A stretch of 58,549 bases of DNA. Origin: an uncultured Candidatus Saccharimonas sp. GTDB lineage: Bacteria > Patescibacteriota > Saccharimonadia > Saccharimonadales > AWTP1-31. A program made the translations under genes and the position numbers. This document shows, piece after piece, positions 38,963-47,788 of this stretch. Under the pieces are notes generated by a model that was not told the DNA's origin, did no database searches, and worked only from the letters and a program-made list of their open reading frames with translations. Numbering within the stretch: position 1 is the stretch's first letter; each line of letters starts with the position of its first letter. The stretch spans positions 1 through 58,549 of the forward strand of contig CALRBD010000001.1 in NCBI GenBank assembly GCA_943353855.1. The letters run 5' to 3'.

Positions 38963-41518
38963 CTACGAGAAGTATTCCTGCAAAGATTTAAGATCGCGTT
39001 TTTTCCAAGCAGACTGCCATTCAATGGTCTCAATTCCTTGGTTGTAGGAGCGTACAAAAGCAGGGGATAGAACTGCACTAAAGAACTTCTTATATTCATT
39101 GAGGAACTCAGCATCGCTCGTGCTACGTGCCGCAAACATAGGCAATCGATAGAAAGATAGATCATCCCCAATATTCTTTTCAAGCCAAGACCAGTTATCT
39201 TTCATCCATTCCCACGTTTCTTTACGAGAAAACCGATTACTGAAGCTATACACTAGCCAATAGGCTACATCTTGCAGTCTTACGTCGTCAGATGTAATTA
39301 AACTTAAGGCTTTCTTATATAAAGCTGGTTGTTTGAAGCTACAAAGTGCTGCACAAATATTTAGGCGTTCTTCACTTGAAGTAGTCTTATTATGCATCTT
39401 GTGTAATTTGTTGAATTCAGCTTCACCGCCATGTCGTGCTGCCGTAACGTACACTAGACCTCGGATATCGGGACTTATGTTATCCGATTGATTAGTTATA
39501 TTACATTTTTTGAAAAGTTCTAGCGAGTGATCAACGACACTCGGTTCTTCGCTAATTGCAGCCAATGAAAGTATTGTCGGTCGCAAGAGGGAATCGAAAT
39601 ATGTCTCATCTTTAACAGACTCCCAACCAAGTCGTGCAAGTTCTTTGGCAATTAATTCTCTAACGTATGGCTTCATTCCTTCACGAATAGTTTCGTCGTC
39701 CATAACAGCTCTCATACCACCTAGAAGTCCAGCAATAATGTCCCATACTGCATTATTAGATTCTTGAGCGTAATTTTTTAGAAATGTTAATACATCCGTA
39801 GTCGGCATATATGAAGCTTTAGACGCTTCAGTTAGGTCAGCTAGTATTGATAGTCTATCTAGTGGCTTGAGTGACCCTTTAGATATTGCAGAGCCCAAGC
39901 CTTCTAATATCTTTGCATCATATACGGTTCGATAAAAACCACTGCCTCCAACGTTTAACCTTATGTCAGAATCTGAATTAACTGAAAAAGTACCAAGTGC
40001 CTTAGTCATGGAATCAGGTATTTCCTTATTTGTCGTAAGAAGTGGAACAGGCCAGGTTGAAGTATCTTTTTTGATATTAGCGTGATTCATGAAAAAACGA
40101 TTCTGAGTAATTGTTAGCCCGTTCTCGACATTAGTCACTTTAAGTATTGGATAGCCACTTTGGCTTGTCCAGGTATCCATGAATGCTTTAACGGGCTTAC
40201 TAGAAGCATTTTCTAGCGAGTTCCATAGATCACGAGTTCGCGTATTTTTGTACGAGTGATCTTTTAAATAGGATCGCAGTCCTTTTTGGAAGTCCTTTTC
40301 TCCTAAGTAGTGATAGAGCATATGAATTACACTAGCGCCCTTACTGTAGCTAATAGCATCAAAGATAGTACGTATTTCATCCGGATGCTTAACAGTTACT
40401 TCAACGGGGTGTGTATGCTCGAGGGCGTCTAATTTTAGTGCTTGTTGTTGTTCATCAACTGAGAATTGAGTCCACATATCCCATTCTGGGAATAAATGAT
40501 CAACTGCCAGGTACTCAAACCAAGATGCAAATCCTTCGTTAAGCCAAAGGTCAGTCCACCACTCCATGGTTACAAGATTACCGAACCATTGGTGAGTCAA
40601 CTCATGAGCAACTACCATTGCTACGTATTGTTTTGTAGGTAGACTAGTATTTTTTGGATCAACCAATAGAGCTTGTTCGCGGTAGGTTATGCATCCCCAG
40701 TTCTCCATGGCTCCAGAAGCAAAATCCGGTAGTGCTACCATGTCACATTTAGCTAGAGGGTAGTCTATATCGAAGTATTCAGAGTAATAGTCTAAACACT
40801 TTACTGCTACATCAAGTGCAAACTTTGTATATTGAACATTATCTGGCGTAGCATAGGTTCTGACGACGACGCCTCGTTCAGTTTTCGATTCAAGGTAACC
40901 CATGTCGCCATATACAAATGCTAGTAGGTAAGTGCTCATTATAGGAGTCTGATCAAAAGTCGAACGAATATGTCCATCGATTTCTAATTCAGAAACTACC
41001 GGCGTATTCGCAATTACTGTCTCACCTTTAGGAGTAGTCAGGCTTAAATCAAAAGTCGCTTTTGCTTCAGGCTCGTCTATACAAGGGAATACTTCTCGGG
41101 CATGATGACTTTCAAACTGTGTTGCTATTAGCTTCTTTTCACCTTCTTTATCCTTAAAGAAACATGGGTAGACGCCATTCATTGCTCGAGTTATTACTCC
41201 GCTGAACTCAATACGTATCTCGTAAATTCCTGCCGGCATTGAACCAGCAGAATGAAGGCGGACCTCATCATATGATTTCTGTAGATTCATCCGGTCTACT
41301 TCAATATTAGTCCGCTCGTTTTTAAATATATGAGTGAGCGAATATTTATGTATTTTCAAACCTTTTTGATGCAGAGTAATTCTTTGTGAGGGAGGACCAG
41401 TTTTTTTGCCAGTAATAACAACTGTTCCGGAAAATGTCATCGAATCTTTATTAGGTACAATATCTAAAATGTAATTGCTGGGTCTAAATTGTTTATAAAG
41501 TCTTTTTACCTTAGCCAT
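38963..41518 (-). CDS. pepN: M1-family aminopeptidase N
   Basis: GAMENWG, HELTHQWFGN and WLNEGFA motifs. ATG 41518 is preferred because the upstream ATG 41536 contains the -10 box. Confidence 0.92.
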   Translation of the reverse strand: MAKVKRLYKQFRPSNYILDIVPNKDSMTFSGTVVITGKKTGPPSQRITLHQKGLKIHKYSLTHIFKNERTNIEVDRMNLQKSYDEVRLHSAGSMPAGIYEIRIEFSGVITRAMNGVYPCFFKDKEGEKKLIATQFESHHAREVFPCIDEPEAKATFDLSLTTPKGETVIANTPVVSELEIDGHIRSTFDQTPIMSTYLLAFVYGDMGYLESKTERGVVVRTYATPDNVQYTKFALDVAVKCLDYYSEYFDIDYPLAKCDMVALPDFASGAMENWGCITYREQALLVDPKNTSLPTKQYVAMVVAHELTHQWFGNLVTMEWWTDLWLNEGFASWFEYLAVDHLFPEWDMWTQFSVDEQQQALKLDALEHTHPVEVTVKHPDEIRTIFDAISYSKGASVIHMLYHYLGEKDFQKGLRSYLKDHSYKNTRTRDLWNSLENASSKPVKAFMDTWTSQSGYPILKVTNVENGLTITQNRFFMNHANIKKDTSTWPVPLLTTNKEIPDSMTKALGTFSVNSDSDIRLNVGGSGFYRTVYDAKILEGLGSAISKGSLKPLDRLSILADLTEASKASYMPTTDVLTFLKNYAQESNNAVWDIIAGLLGGMRAVMDDETIREGMKPYVRELIAKELARLGWESVKDETYFDSLLRPTILSLAAISEEPSVVDHSLELFKKCNITNQSDNISPDIRGLVYVTAARHGGEAEFNKLHKMHNKTTSSEERLNICAALCSFKQPALYKKALSLITSDDVRLQDVAYWLVYSFSNRFSRKETWEWMKDNWSWLEKNIGDDLSFYRLPMFAARSTSDAEFLNEYKKFFSAVLSPAFVRSYNQGIETIEWQSAWKKRDLKSLQEYFS

Positions 41519-41526
41519 AGTACATA

Positions 41527-41535
41527 ATTTTAGCA
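41527..41535 (-). promoter_or_regulatory. extended -10 promoter of pepN (leaderless configuration)
   Basis: The minus strand reads TGcTAAAAT, ending 8 nt before ATG 41518. Confidence 0.5.
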
Positions 41536-41570
41536 CAGGTCAGTTGTTTCGCGGGCCAATTTGATCCCCG

Positions 41571-41599
41571 TTGCTTTCTTAAGTCAATTATCGTATACT
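41571..41599 (+). promoter_or_regulatory. sigma70-type promoter of nusA
   Basis: TTGCTT-17 nt-TATACT. Confidence 0.55.
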
Positions 41600-41610
41600 T
41601 ACTAACATAC

Positions 41611-41635
41611 ATCCGGCCGTCAGGTCGGATTTTTT
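41611..41635 (+). terminator. intrinsic-terminator-like hairpin inside the nusA leader (candidate attenuator)
   Basis: ATCCGGCC-GTCA-GGTCGGAT gives 8 bp with one G-U, followed by TTTTT. It lies about 5 nt after the predicted TSS and 28 nt before the nusA ATG. There is no upstream co-oriented gene to terminate. Confidence 0.5.
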
Positions 41636-41663
41636 CATAAGACACGTAAAAGGAGAACATACT

Positions 41664-42836
41664 ATGGAACTAGATATGAAAGGACTTGCAATAGCTGTCA
41701 AAACTATTGCAGAAGAAAAAAACTTACCTACCGAAACTGTACAAGAGATTGTTGAACAAGCTCTAGCTGCAGCTTACCGACGTGACTACGGAGATCGCGA
41801 ACAAGAAGTACGAGTAACTATGAATCTAAATTCAGGAGACGTAGACGCATATATTAGCAAAGAAGTCGTTGAGCTCGTTGGAGATGAACGTTATGAAATT
41901 AGTCTTACTGAAGCTCAGGCTATTCGCAAGAACGTTAAGATCGGTGAAACTGTAGAGATTCATCAGAAGGTTGAAGACTTTGGACGTGTTGCTGCACAAA
42001 CTGCTAAGCAAGTTATCTTGCAGAGATTACGCGAAGCTGAACGAGAAATCGTAATGGCTGAATACGATGACAAAATCGGTACTATTATAAATGGTCTAGT
42101 ATCTCGTGTTGAAGGTATGATTGTACGCGTTGATCTCGGTAAGGCTCAAGGCATAATGCCAAAGAGTGAACAGATCGTTGGAGAACGATACTACCCAGGT
42201 CAAAGACTCAAAGTATATCTAAAAGATGTAGAACGTAGCTTTAGAGGCCCACAACTTATTGTAAGTCGTGGAAACTCAGCTTTTGTTGAATATCTTTTCC
42301 GTAACGAGGTTCCAGAAATGGAAGCTGGATCTGTCGAGATTAAAGCTATCGCTCGTGAAGCCGGTATCCGAAGTAAGATCGCTGTTGCCAGTAATACTCC
42401 GGGAGTTGATCCTGTAGGTACATTTGTCGGTGGTCATGGAACACGTGTTAACGCTGTTATGAGTGAAATCGGAGAACAAGAAAAAATCGACATTATAGTA
42501 TGGAGTAATGATCCTAAAGAATTCATCATGAATGCTATGAGCCCTACTAAGATTACAAAAGTAGAAATTATGGAATCAGAAAAAAAGGCAGTAGTCATTG
42601 TTCCAGAAGATCAGCTTAGTATCGCTATCGGTAAGAGTGGACAAAACGTTCGCCTTGCAAGCAAACTAACGGGCTATGATATTGACATCACTCCTGATGA
42701 GCCAAAACAAGAAGTAAAAGAAGTGGTAAAAGAAGCAGCACCAGTAGTTACTGAAATGACTAAGAAACCACGACTAAAGCGTAAAGATCAGCTCGAAAGT
42801 AGCTTACTAGACGCTATTGAAGAACACGGCGAGTAG
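41664..42836 (+). CDS. nusA: transcription termination/antitermination factor NusA
   Basis: N-terminal domain, S1 domain and two KH domains (AIGKSGQNVRLASKL). AAGGAG SD. Confidence 0.92.
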   Translation: MELDMKGLAIAVKTIAEEKNLPTETVQEIVEQALAAAYRRDYGDREQEVRVTMNLNSGDVDAYISKEVVELVGDERYEISLTEAQAIRKNVKIGETVEIHQKVEDFGRVAAQTAKQVILQRLREAEREIVMAEYDDKIGTIINGLVSRVEGMIVRVDLGKAQGIMPKSEQIVGERYYPGQRLKVYLKDVERSFRGPQLIVSRGNSAFVEYLFRNEVPEMEAGSVEIKAIAREAGIRSKIAVASNTPGVDPVGTFVGGHGTRVNAVMSEIGEQEKIDIIVWSNDPKEFIMNAMSPTKITKVEIMESEKKAVVIVPEDQLSIAIGKSGQNVRLASKLTGYDIDITPDEPKQEVKEVVKEAAPVVTEMTKKPRLKRKDQLESSLLDAIEEHGE

Positions 42837-42842
42837 ACGGTA

Positions 42843-42869
42843 TTAGCAGTCTTGCTTGCCGAGTGCTAG
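42843..42869 (+). promoter_or_regulatory. CIRCE-like inverted repeat (HrcA operator) upstream of clpC
   Basis: TTAGCAGTC-N9-GAGTGCTAG against the consensus TTAGCACTC-N9-GAGTGCTAA, so 8/9 in each arm. It overlaps a candidate promoter, TTGCTT (42852-42857)-17-TATTAT (42875-42880), 45 nt before the clpC ATG. Confidence 0.6.
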
Positions 42870-42913
42870 TTTGATATTATTGTTATAGCATATAATACGA
42901 GTATGAGGATAAC

Positions 42914-45388
42914 ATGCAAGATACACCTGATTTTCAAGAATTTTTAAGCCACCTTACAGATAACGCTCTCCAAAGCTTAAAGCATTCTGATGCTATTGCA
43001 CGTAGTTTTGGTAGTGCATACATCGGTACTGAACACCTACTTCTTGGCGTACTCGCTCAAGAAAATAGCATGGGTGCAAAAATCCTTGAAGACGCTGGTA
43101 TCACATTGAACAGAGCACAGTTGGCTCTTAACCTTACTCCAAAACCAATAACAATTCATATGGGTGCTAAAGGCCTTAGCGAGACAGCTAAGCTGACGCT
43201 CCGTATGGCATATGATATTGCTAAAGACTTCGCACAAGATTACTGCGGAACCGAACATATTATTTACAGCATACTCAGCCAAAAGAATGCACGGGCAACT
43301 CTTTTATTGCGTGATATGAACGTTAACCCAGATATCTTAAGTAATGATGTTCTGGCGACTATTAATACTAATGGTCAGGGCGAAGGAATTGCTTCAGCAG
43401 GTACTCAAAGGTCAGGTAAAAAAGCTCGTAAAACTGCTTTGGACTTTTTCGGAACTGACATGACTGCTAGAGCAAGAGACCAAAAGCTTGACCCAGTTAT
43501 TGGACGAGAACAACAAATACAGCGTGTTATCACTATTCTTAACCGACGCACAAAAAATAACCCTGTTCTAATTGGAGAGCCTGGCGTAGGTAAAACCGCA
43601 ATCGTTGAAGGTCTAGCACAGAAAATCGTAAAAGAAGACGTACCTGACAGCCTAATAGATAAAAGAATAATATTACTAGATTTAGCTGGTATGATTGCTG
43701 GCACTAAGTATCGTGGTGAATTTGAAGAACGATTAAAGAAGGTGATGTCTGAACTTGAAGATGACAAGAATACGATCGTATTTATTGACGAGCTTCACTT
43801 AATTGTTGGAGCAGGTGCAGCTGAGGGCGCAATGGATGCTGGCAATATACTTAAGCCCGCACTGGCTCGAGGTAAGATACAGATGATCGGTGCAACAACA
43901 ACTACTGAATATACGAAACATATCGAAAAAGATGCCGCATTAGAACGTCGCTTTCAACCAGTTCAAGTTCCCGAAACATCTAGTGCCGAAACGCTAGCCA
44001 TATTGAAGGGTCTTCGTAAACACTATGAGCTTTTTCACGGAGTATCTATTAGCGATGAAGTCCTAGAAGATGCAGTATATTTCGCAGATAGATATATTAA
44101 TGATAGATTTATGCCAGATAAAGCAATTGATCTAATTGACGAAACAGGTGCGCATCTACGCGTAGGACTTGGTAAAACGCCACCAGAAGTACGTAAACTT
44201 GCTAATGAACTAAAGCTTATCCAAGTAAGGATTGATGAAGCAGTTGAGTCTGAAGACTATGAGCGAGCCGCCCGCGAGAAAACACGTAGCAGCCAAATAC
44301 AAGTAGAACTGAAGACACTTCGCAGCACCGATAAGGTAGACAGTAAGACTCCAATGAAGTCAGAAGATCTAGCTGAAGTCATTGCACGTATCACTGGTGT
44401 CCCTGCTCAACGAGTAGTGCGCTCTGAGGCCAAGAACTTATTAAAACTTGAAAAGATGTTATCTAAACACGTAATTGGACAAAAAGAAGCAGTTGCTGCC
44501 GTATCGCAAGCTATTCGTAGAAGTCGCTCTGGGATATCAAGTGAAAAACGTCCTGTTGGATCTTTTATATTTTTAGGTCCTACTGGAGTTGGAAAAACTG
44601 AACTCGCTCGCGTACTTGCTGAAAGATATTTTGGCACTGCTCAATCACTGATCAAGATCGACATGAGTGAGTTTAGCGAGCGACACAATACATCACGTTT
44701 AGTCGGAGCGCCAGCAGGCTACGTTGGATACGATGAAGGCGGACAGCTTACAGACAAGATTAGACGTCAGCCTTATAGTTTAGTGCTCTTTGACGAAATT
44801 GAGAAAGCACATCCGGATGTGTTTAACATGCTACTTCAAATACTAGAAGACGGTGTACTTACAGATGCAAAAGGTAGGAAGATAGACTTCACTAATACAA
44901 TTATTATCATGACTAGTAATATTGGTGCAGACAAGTTACAAAAAGAGGCCAGCCTTGGTTTTCAAGCAGATAGTACCCGAGACAAAAAAGATCTAGAGTC
45001 GCTACATGAACGTAATAGTCAAAAAGTGCATGAAGAGCTTAAGAAGATGATGCGACCCGAACTCTTAAACCGTATCGACAAAGTTGTCGTGTTCCATGCA
45101 CTCACCAAAAAAGAGGCTTTAGATATCCTTGATCTACAAATTGACGAGCTAAGACGACGACTAATTAAACATGGTCTTGGAATTACGGTTAATACTGCAG
45201 CAAAGAAACACTTACTTGAAAATGGATACGATGCATCTAATGGCGTAAGGCCAATGCGTAGACTCCTACAAGATACCATTGAAGACGCAATTGCCCATGG
45301 AATACTAGAAGGCGCTTATAATAAGGGTGATATTATCCAAGTCTCACTTGAAAATAAAAAACTACAATATTCAGCATCTAGCGAATAG
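42914..45388 (+). CDS. clpC: ATP-dependent Clp protease ATP-binding subunit ClpC
   Basis: Double Clp-N repeat, two AAA+ modules ([18 protein letters not shown]) and a UVR-like linker ([10 protein letters not shown]). Confidence 0.9.
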   Translation: MQDTPDFQEFLSHLTDNALQSLKHSDAIARSFGSAYIGTEHLLLGVLAQENSMGAKILEDAGITLNRAQLALNLTPKPITIHMGAKGLSETAKLTLRMAYDIAKDFAQDYCGTEHIIYSILSQKNARATLLLRDMNVNPDILSNDVLATINTNGQGEGIASAGTQRSGKKARKTALDFFGTDMTARARDQKLDPVIGREQQIQRVITILNRRTKNNPVLIGEPGVGKTAIVEGLAQKIVKEDVPDSLIDKRIILLDLAGMIAGTKYRGEFEERLKKVMSELEDDKNTIVFIDELHLIVGAGAAEGAMDAGNILKPALARGKIQMIGATTTTEYTKHIEKDAALERRFQPVQVPETSSAETLAILKGLRKHYELFHGVSISDEVLEDAVYFADRYINDRFMPDKAIDLIDETGAHLRVGLGKTPPEVRKLANELKLIQVRIDEAVESEDYERAAREKTRSSQIQVELKTLRSTDKVDSKTPMKSEDLAEVIARITGVPAQRVVRSEAKNLLKLEKMLSKHVIGQKEAVAAVSQAIRRSRSGISSEKRPVGSFIFLGPTGVGKTELARVLAERYFGTAQSLIKIDMSEFSERHNTSRLVGAPAGYVGYDEGGQLTDKIRRQPYSLVLFDEIEKAHPDVFNMLLQILEDGVLTDAKGRKIDFTNTIIIMTSNIGADKLQKEASLGFQADSTRDKKDLESLHERNSQKVHEELKKMMRPELLNRIDKVVVFHALTKKEALDILDLQIDELRRRLIKHGLGITVNTAAKKHLLENGYDASNGVRPMRRLLQDTIEDAIAHGILEGAYNKGDIIQVSLENKKLQYSASSE

Positions 45389-45422
45389 TAATAGCATTGT
45401 AGCTACAAAACTCGATACGCAG

Positions 45423-45428
45423 TATAAT
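45423..45428 (+). promoter_or_regulatory. -10 box of the HExxH membrane protein gene (leaderless configuration)
   Basis: TATAAT ending 7 nt before ATG 45436. Confidence 0.5.
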
Positions 45429-45435
45429 AATAGAC

Positions 45436-46422
45436 ATGGCTCTCAGTAGAAAAACAAAAATATTTCAGACTATACTTTCCGGTATTTTTATAATCATTGC
45501 TGCTTTAGCAATATTTCAAAGACAAAATATTCAAGACTGGTGGGCTCTTCGTGGCTACCAGCCGGCTGCTTCAATCTCGCAGCTTGCGCAGGATACGACC
45601 ATGACCGATAAGAGTAAAAGAGTATTCTTTCTTAATGATCCGAAGGTTCAAGAAAAAGCTGTTTTCTATGAAAGCTGTAAATTTGGCGAGAATACAATTG
45701 TACTAGGTTGTTATATTAAGAATGAAGGCATCTATCTACTTAAAGTTAATGACTCACGCCTATCAGGCGTCGAGCAAGTTACTGCAGCTCACGAAATGCT
45801 TCACGCAGCCTACGATCGTCTTGGAGCGAGTGAGAAGGTAGATGTTGATAATCAGTTAAATGATTTCTATACAAATTTAAAAGACGCAGAAATACGATCC
45901 AAGATAGAACTATATAGAAAAAATGGAGCCGATATTTCTAATGAGCTGCATTCTATACTTGGAACAGAAGTCGAGACACTATCTCCAGCCTTGGAAAAAT
46001 ACTATTCAAAGTATTTTACTCAGCGTAAGAAAGTGGTCGCTTACGCCATACAGTACGAAGCAGAGTTTATATCTCGAAAGAATAAAGTAATTGAATTAGA
46101 CGCTAAGCTAAAATCAATAGAACAGCAGGTTGTAGCAAACAATACCCAGCTAGACCAATTACAGAAGAGTATTAATGCTGAAAGTGATAGGTTGGATAGT
46201 CTACTACGTTCAGGGCAGATCGAAGAATATAACAACGCCGTTCCAGCATATAATAGGCGTATTCCAGCATTCAACGCGATTGTTACTGAGACTGAAAACC
46301 TTGTAGCTCAATATAAACAAATACTCGATGAGCGTAATAAAATAGCGATTGAAGCTCAAGAACTTAATAAAGCATTAGACAGTAGCATTCAGCCAGGCGC
46401 TGATCCAATTCAGAATCTTTAA
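45436..46422 (+). CDS. hypothetical membrane-anchored protein with an HExxH motif and a C-terminal coiled coil
   Basis: TM helix (IFQTILSGIFIIIAALAIF), the AAHEMLHAAYD motif, then a heptad-rich segment of about 120 aa. Family not recognised. Confidence 0.55.
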   Translation: MALSRKTKIFQTILSGIFIIIAALAIFQRQNIQDWWALRGYQPAASISQLAQDTTMTDKSKRVFFLNDPKVQEKAVFYESCKFGENTIVLGCYIKNEGIYLLKVNDSRLSGVEQVTAAHEMLHAAYDRLGASEKVDVDNQLNDFYTNLKDAEIRSKIELYRKNGADISNELHSILGTEVETLSPALEKYYSKYFTQRKKVVAYAIQYEAEFISRKNKVIELDAKLKSIEQQVVANNTQLDQLQKSINAESDRLDSLLRSGQIEEYNNAVPAYNRRIPAFNAIVTETENLVAQYKQILDERNKIAIEAQELNKALDSSIQPGADPIQNL

Positions 46423-46431
46423 TGATACACT
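46423..46431 (+). promoter_or_regulatory. extended -10 promoter of radA (leaderless configuration)
   Basis: TGaTACACT ending 7 nt before ATG 46439. It starts immediately after the upstream stop codon (TAA 46420-46422). Confidence 0.5.
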
Positions 46432-46438
46432 AGACGTA

Positions 46439-47788
46439 ATGGGATCTAGAAAAAGCGTACAATACGAGTGCAGTAGTTGTGGAAACATATCGTCATCATG
46501 GTCAGGTAAATGTATGTCCTGTGGGGAATGGAATACTCTAAGCGAACAACTACTTGTAGAAAACATGGGCCAAGCTATTAAGCACGGTAACTTAATCAAG
46601 ACTACTCAGCTAAAAAAAGCTAATAAAATTAAAAATGAACCACGTGTTACATCTTCTATTCCTGAAGTTGACGTGGTGCTTGGTGGAGGCTTTGTCGCTG
46701 GCAGCGTAACTTTGATAGCTGGTCAGCCAGGTATTGGAAAGAGTACTCTACTTCTACAGATCGCTAGTGCCGTTGGAGACACCGTTCCGGTTCTATACGT
46801 TAGTGGTGAAGAATCTGTACATCAGCTTGCCTCACGATCAGATAGATTAAAGACACGTGGTAAATATCTTGAAATTGCTTCAAGCGCCAGCGCTGATGAC
46901 ATCGCGTCTACTATTGCTAGTAAGAAATACAAACTAATTATCGTTGATTCAATACAGACAATTTCAGTAGAAGGAGTTAGTTCTGCTCCAGGATCTGTAA
47001 GCCAGATAACAAACAGCACGCATGTACTAAGTATAGTGGCTAAAAATACTAACACGGCGTTAATTATTGTTGGTCATGTAACAAAAGAAGGTTCAATTGC
47101 TGGCCCTAAAGTTTTAGAGCACCTTGTTGACGTTGTATTGCAAATAGAAGGCGACAGGTATGGAGGCTTCAAGGTACTGCGAGGAGTCAAGAATAGATAC
47201 GGTTCAACCAATGAAGTCGGTATATTTGAAATGGTGGAATCTGGAATGCAGCCAGTTAAGAATCCATCTGCAGCATTGTTAGCTGAGAGACAGATAAGTG
47301 ACGGCTCGGTAGTTCTGGCTACTATGGAAGGCTCCAGGCCGCTCCTAGTTGAAGTCCAGGCCTTAGTTAATAAATCGAGCTACGGTTACCCTAAGCGTGC
47401 CGCTAGTGGAATTGATCTAAATAGAGTTAACTTGCTCATTGCAATGCTCGAGCGTCGTACGAAACTAAATCTTGCCGAGCACGATATATATATTAATATT
47501 GTCGGAGGCATGAAGGTGAGTGAGCCTGCTGCAGATCTTGCCGTATGTATGGCGATTGCCAGTGCAAGTAAAGGTCTTAAGCTCAAGAAAAATGCAGTAG
47601 TTTTCGGAGAACTAGGACTAAGCGGCGAAGTGCGTCACGTGCCATTTGTCGAAAAGCGCGTTCAAGAAGCATCTAAGCTGGGATTCGATGGCGCAATAGG
47701 TCCTAAGATTAGAACTGGCAAGAAGCCATCAGGTTTGCACGAAGTAATTGATATACGTTCGGCCCTTAATGGCTTCTTGGAATCCTAA
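46439..47788 (+). CDS. radA: DNA repair protein RadA/Sms
   Basis: Zinc finger CSSCGN...CMSCGEW, Walker A GQPGIGKST, a KNRYG motif and a Lon-like C-terminal domain. Confidence 0.95.
   Translation: MGSRKSVQYECSSCGNISSSWSGKCMSCGEWNTLSEQLLVENMGQAIKHGNLIKTTQLKKANKIKNEPRVTSSIPEVDVVLGGGFVAGSVTLIAGQPGIGKSTLLLQIASAVGDTVPVLYVSGEESVHQLASRSDRLKTRGKYLEIASSASADDIASTIASKKYKLIIVDSIQTISVEGVSSAPGSVSQITNSTHVLSIVAKNTNTALIIVGHVTKEGSIAGPKVLEHLVDVVLQIEGDRYGGFKVLRGVKNRYGSTNEVGIFEMVESGMQPVKNPSAALLAERQISDGSVVLATMEGSRPLLVEVQALVNKSSYGYPKRAASGIDLNRVNLLIAMLERRTKLNLAEHDIYINIVGGMKVSEPAADLAVCMAIASASKGLKLKKNAVVFGELGLSGEVRHVPFVEKRVQEASKLGFDGAIGPKIRTGKKPSGLHEVIDIRSALNGFLES

Noticed and set aside
42871-42896. TTGATA (42871-42876) plus TATAAT (42891-42896) as the clpC promoter.
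   Set aside because: The spacer is only 14 nt. TTGCTT-17-TATTAT, which overlaps the CIRCE-like repeat, has better geometry. The true TSS is unresolved.
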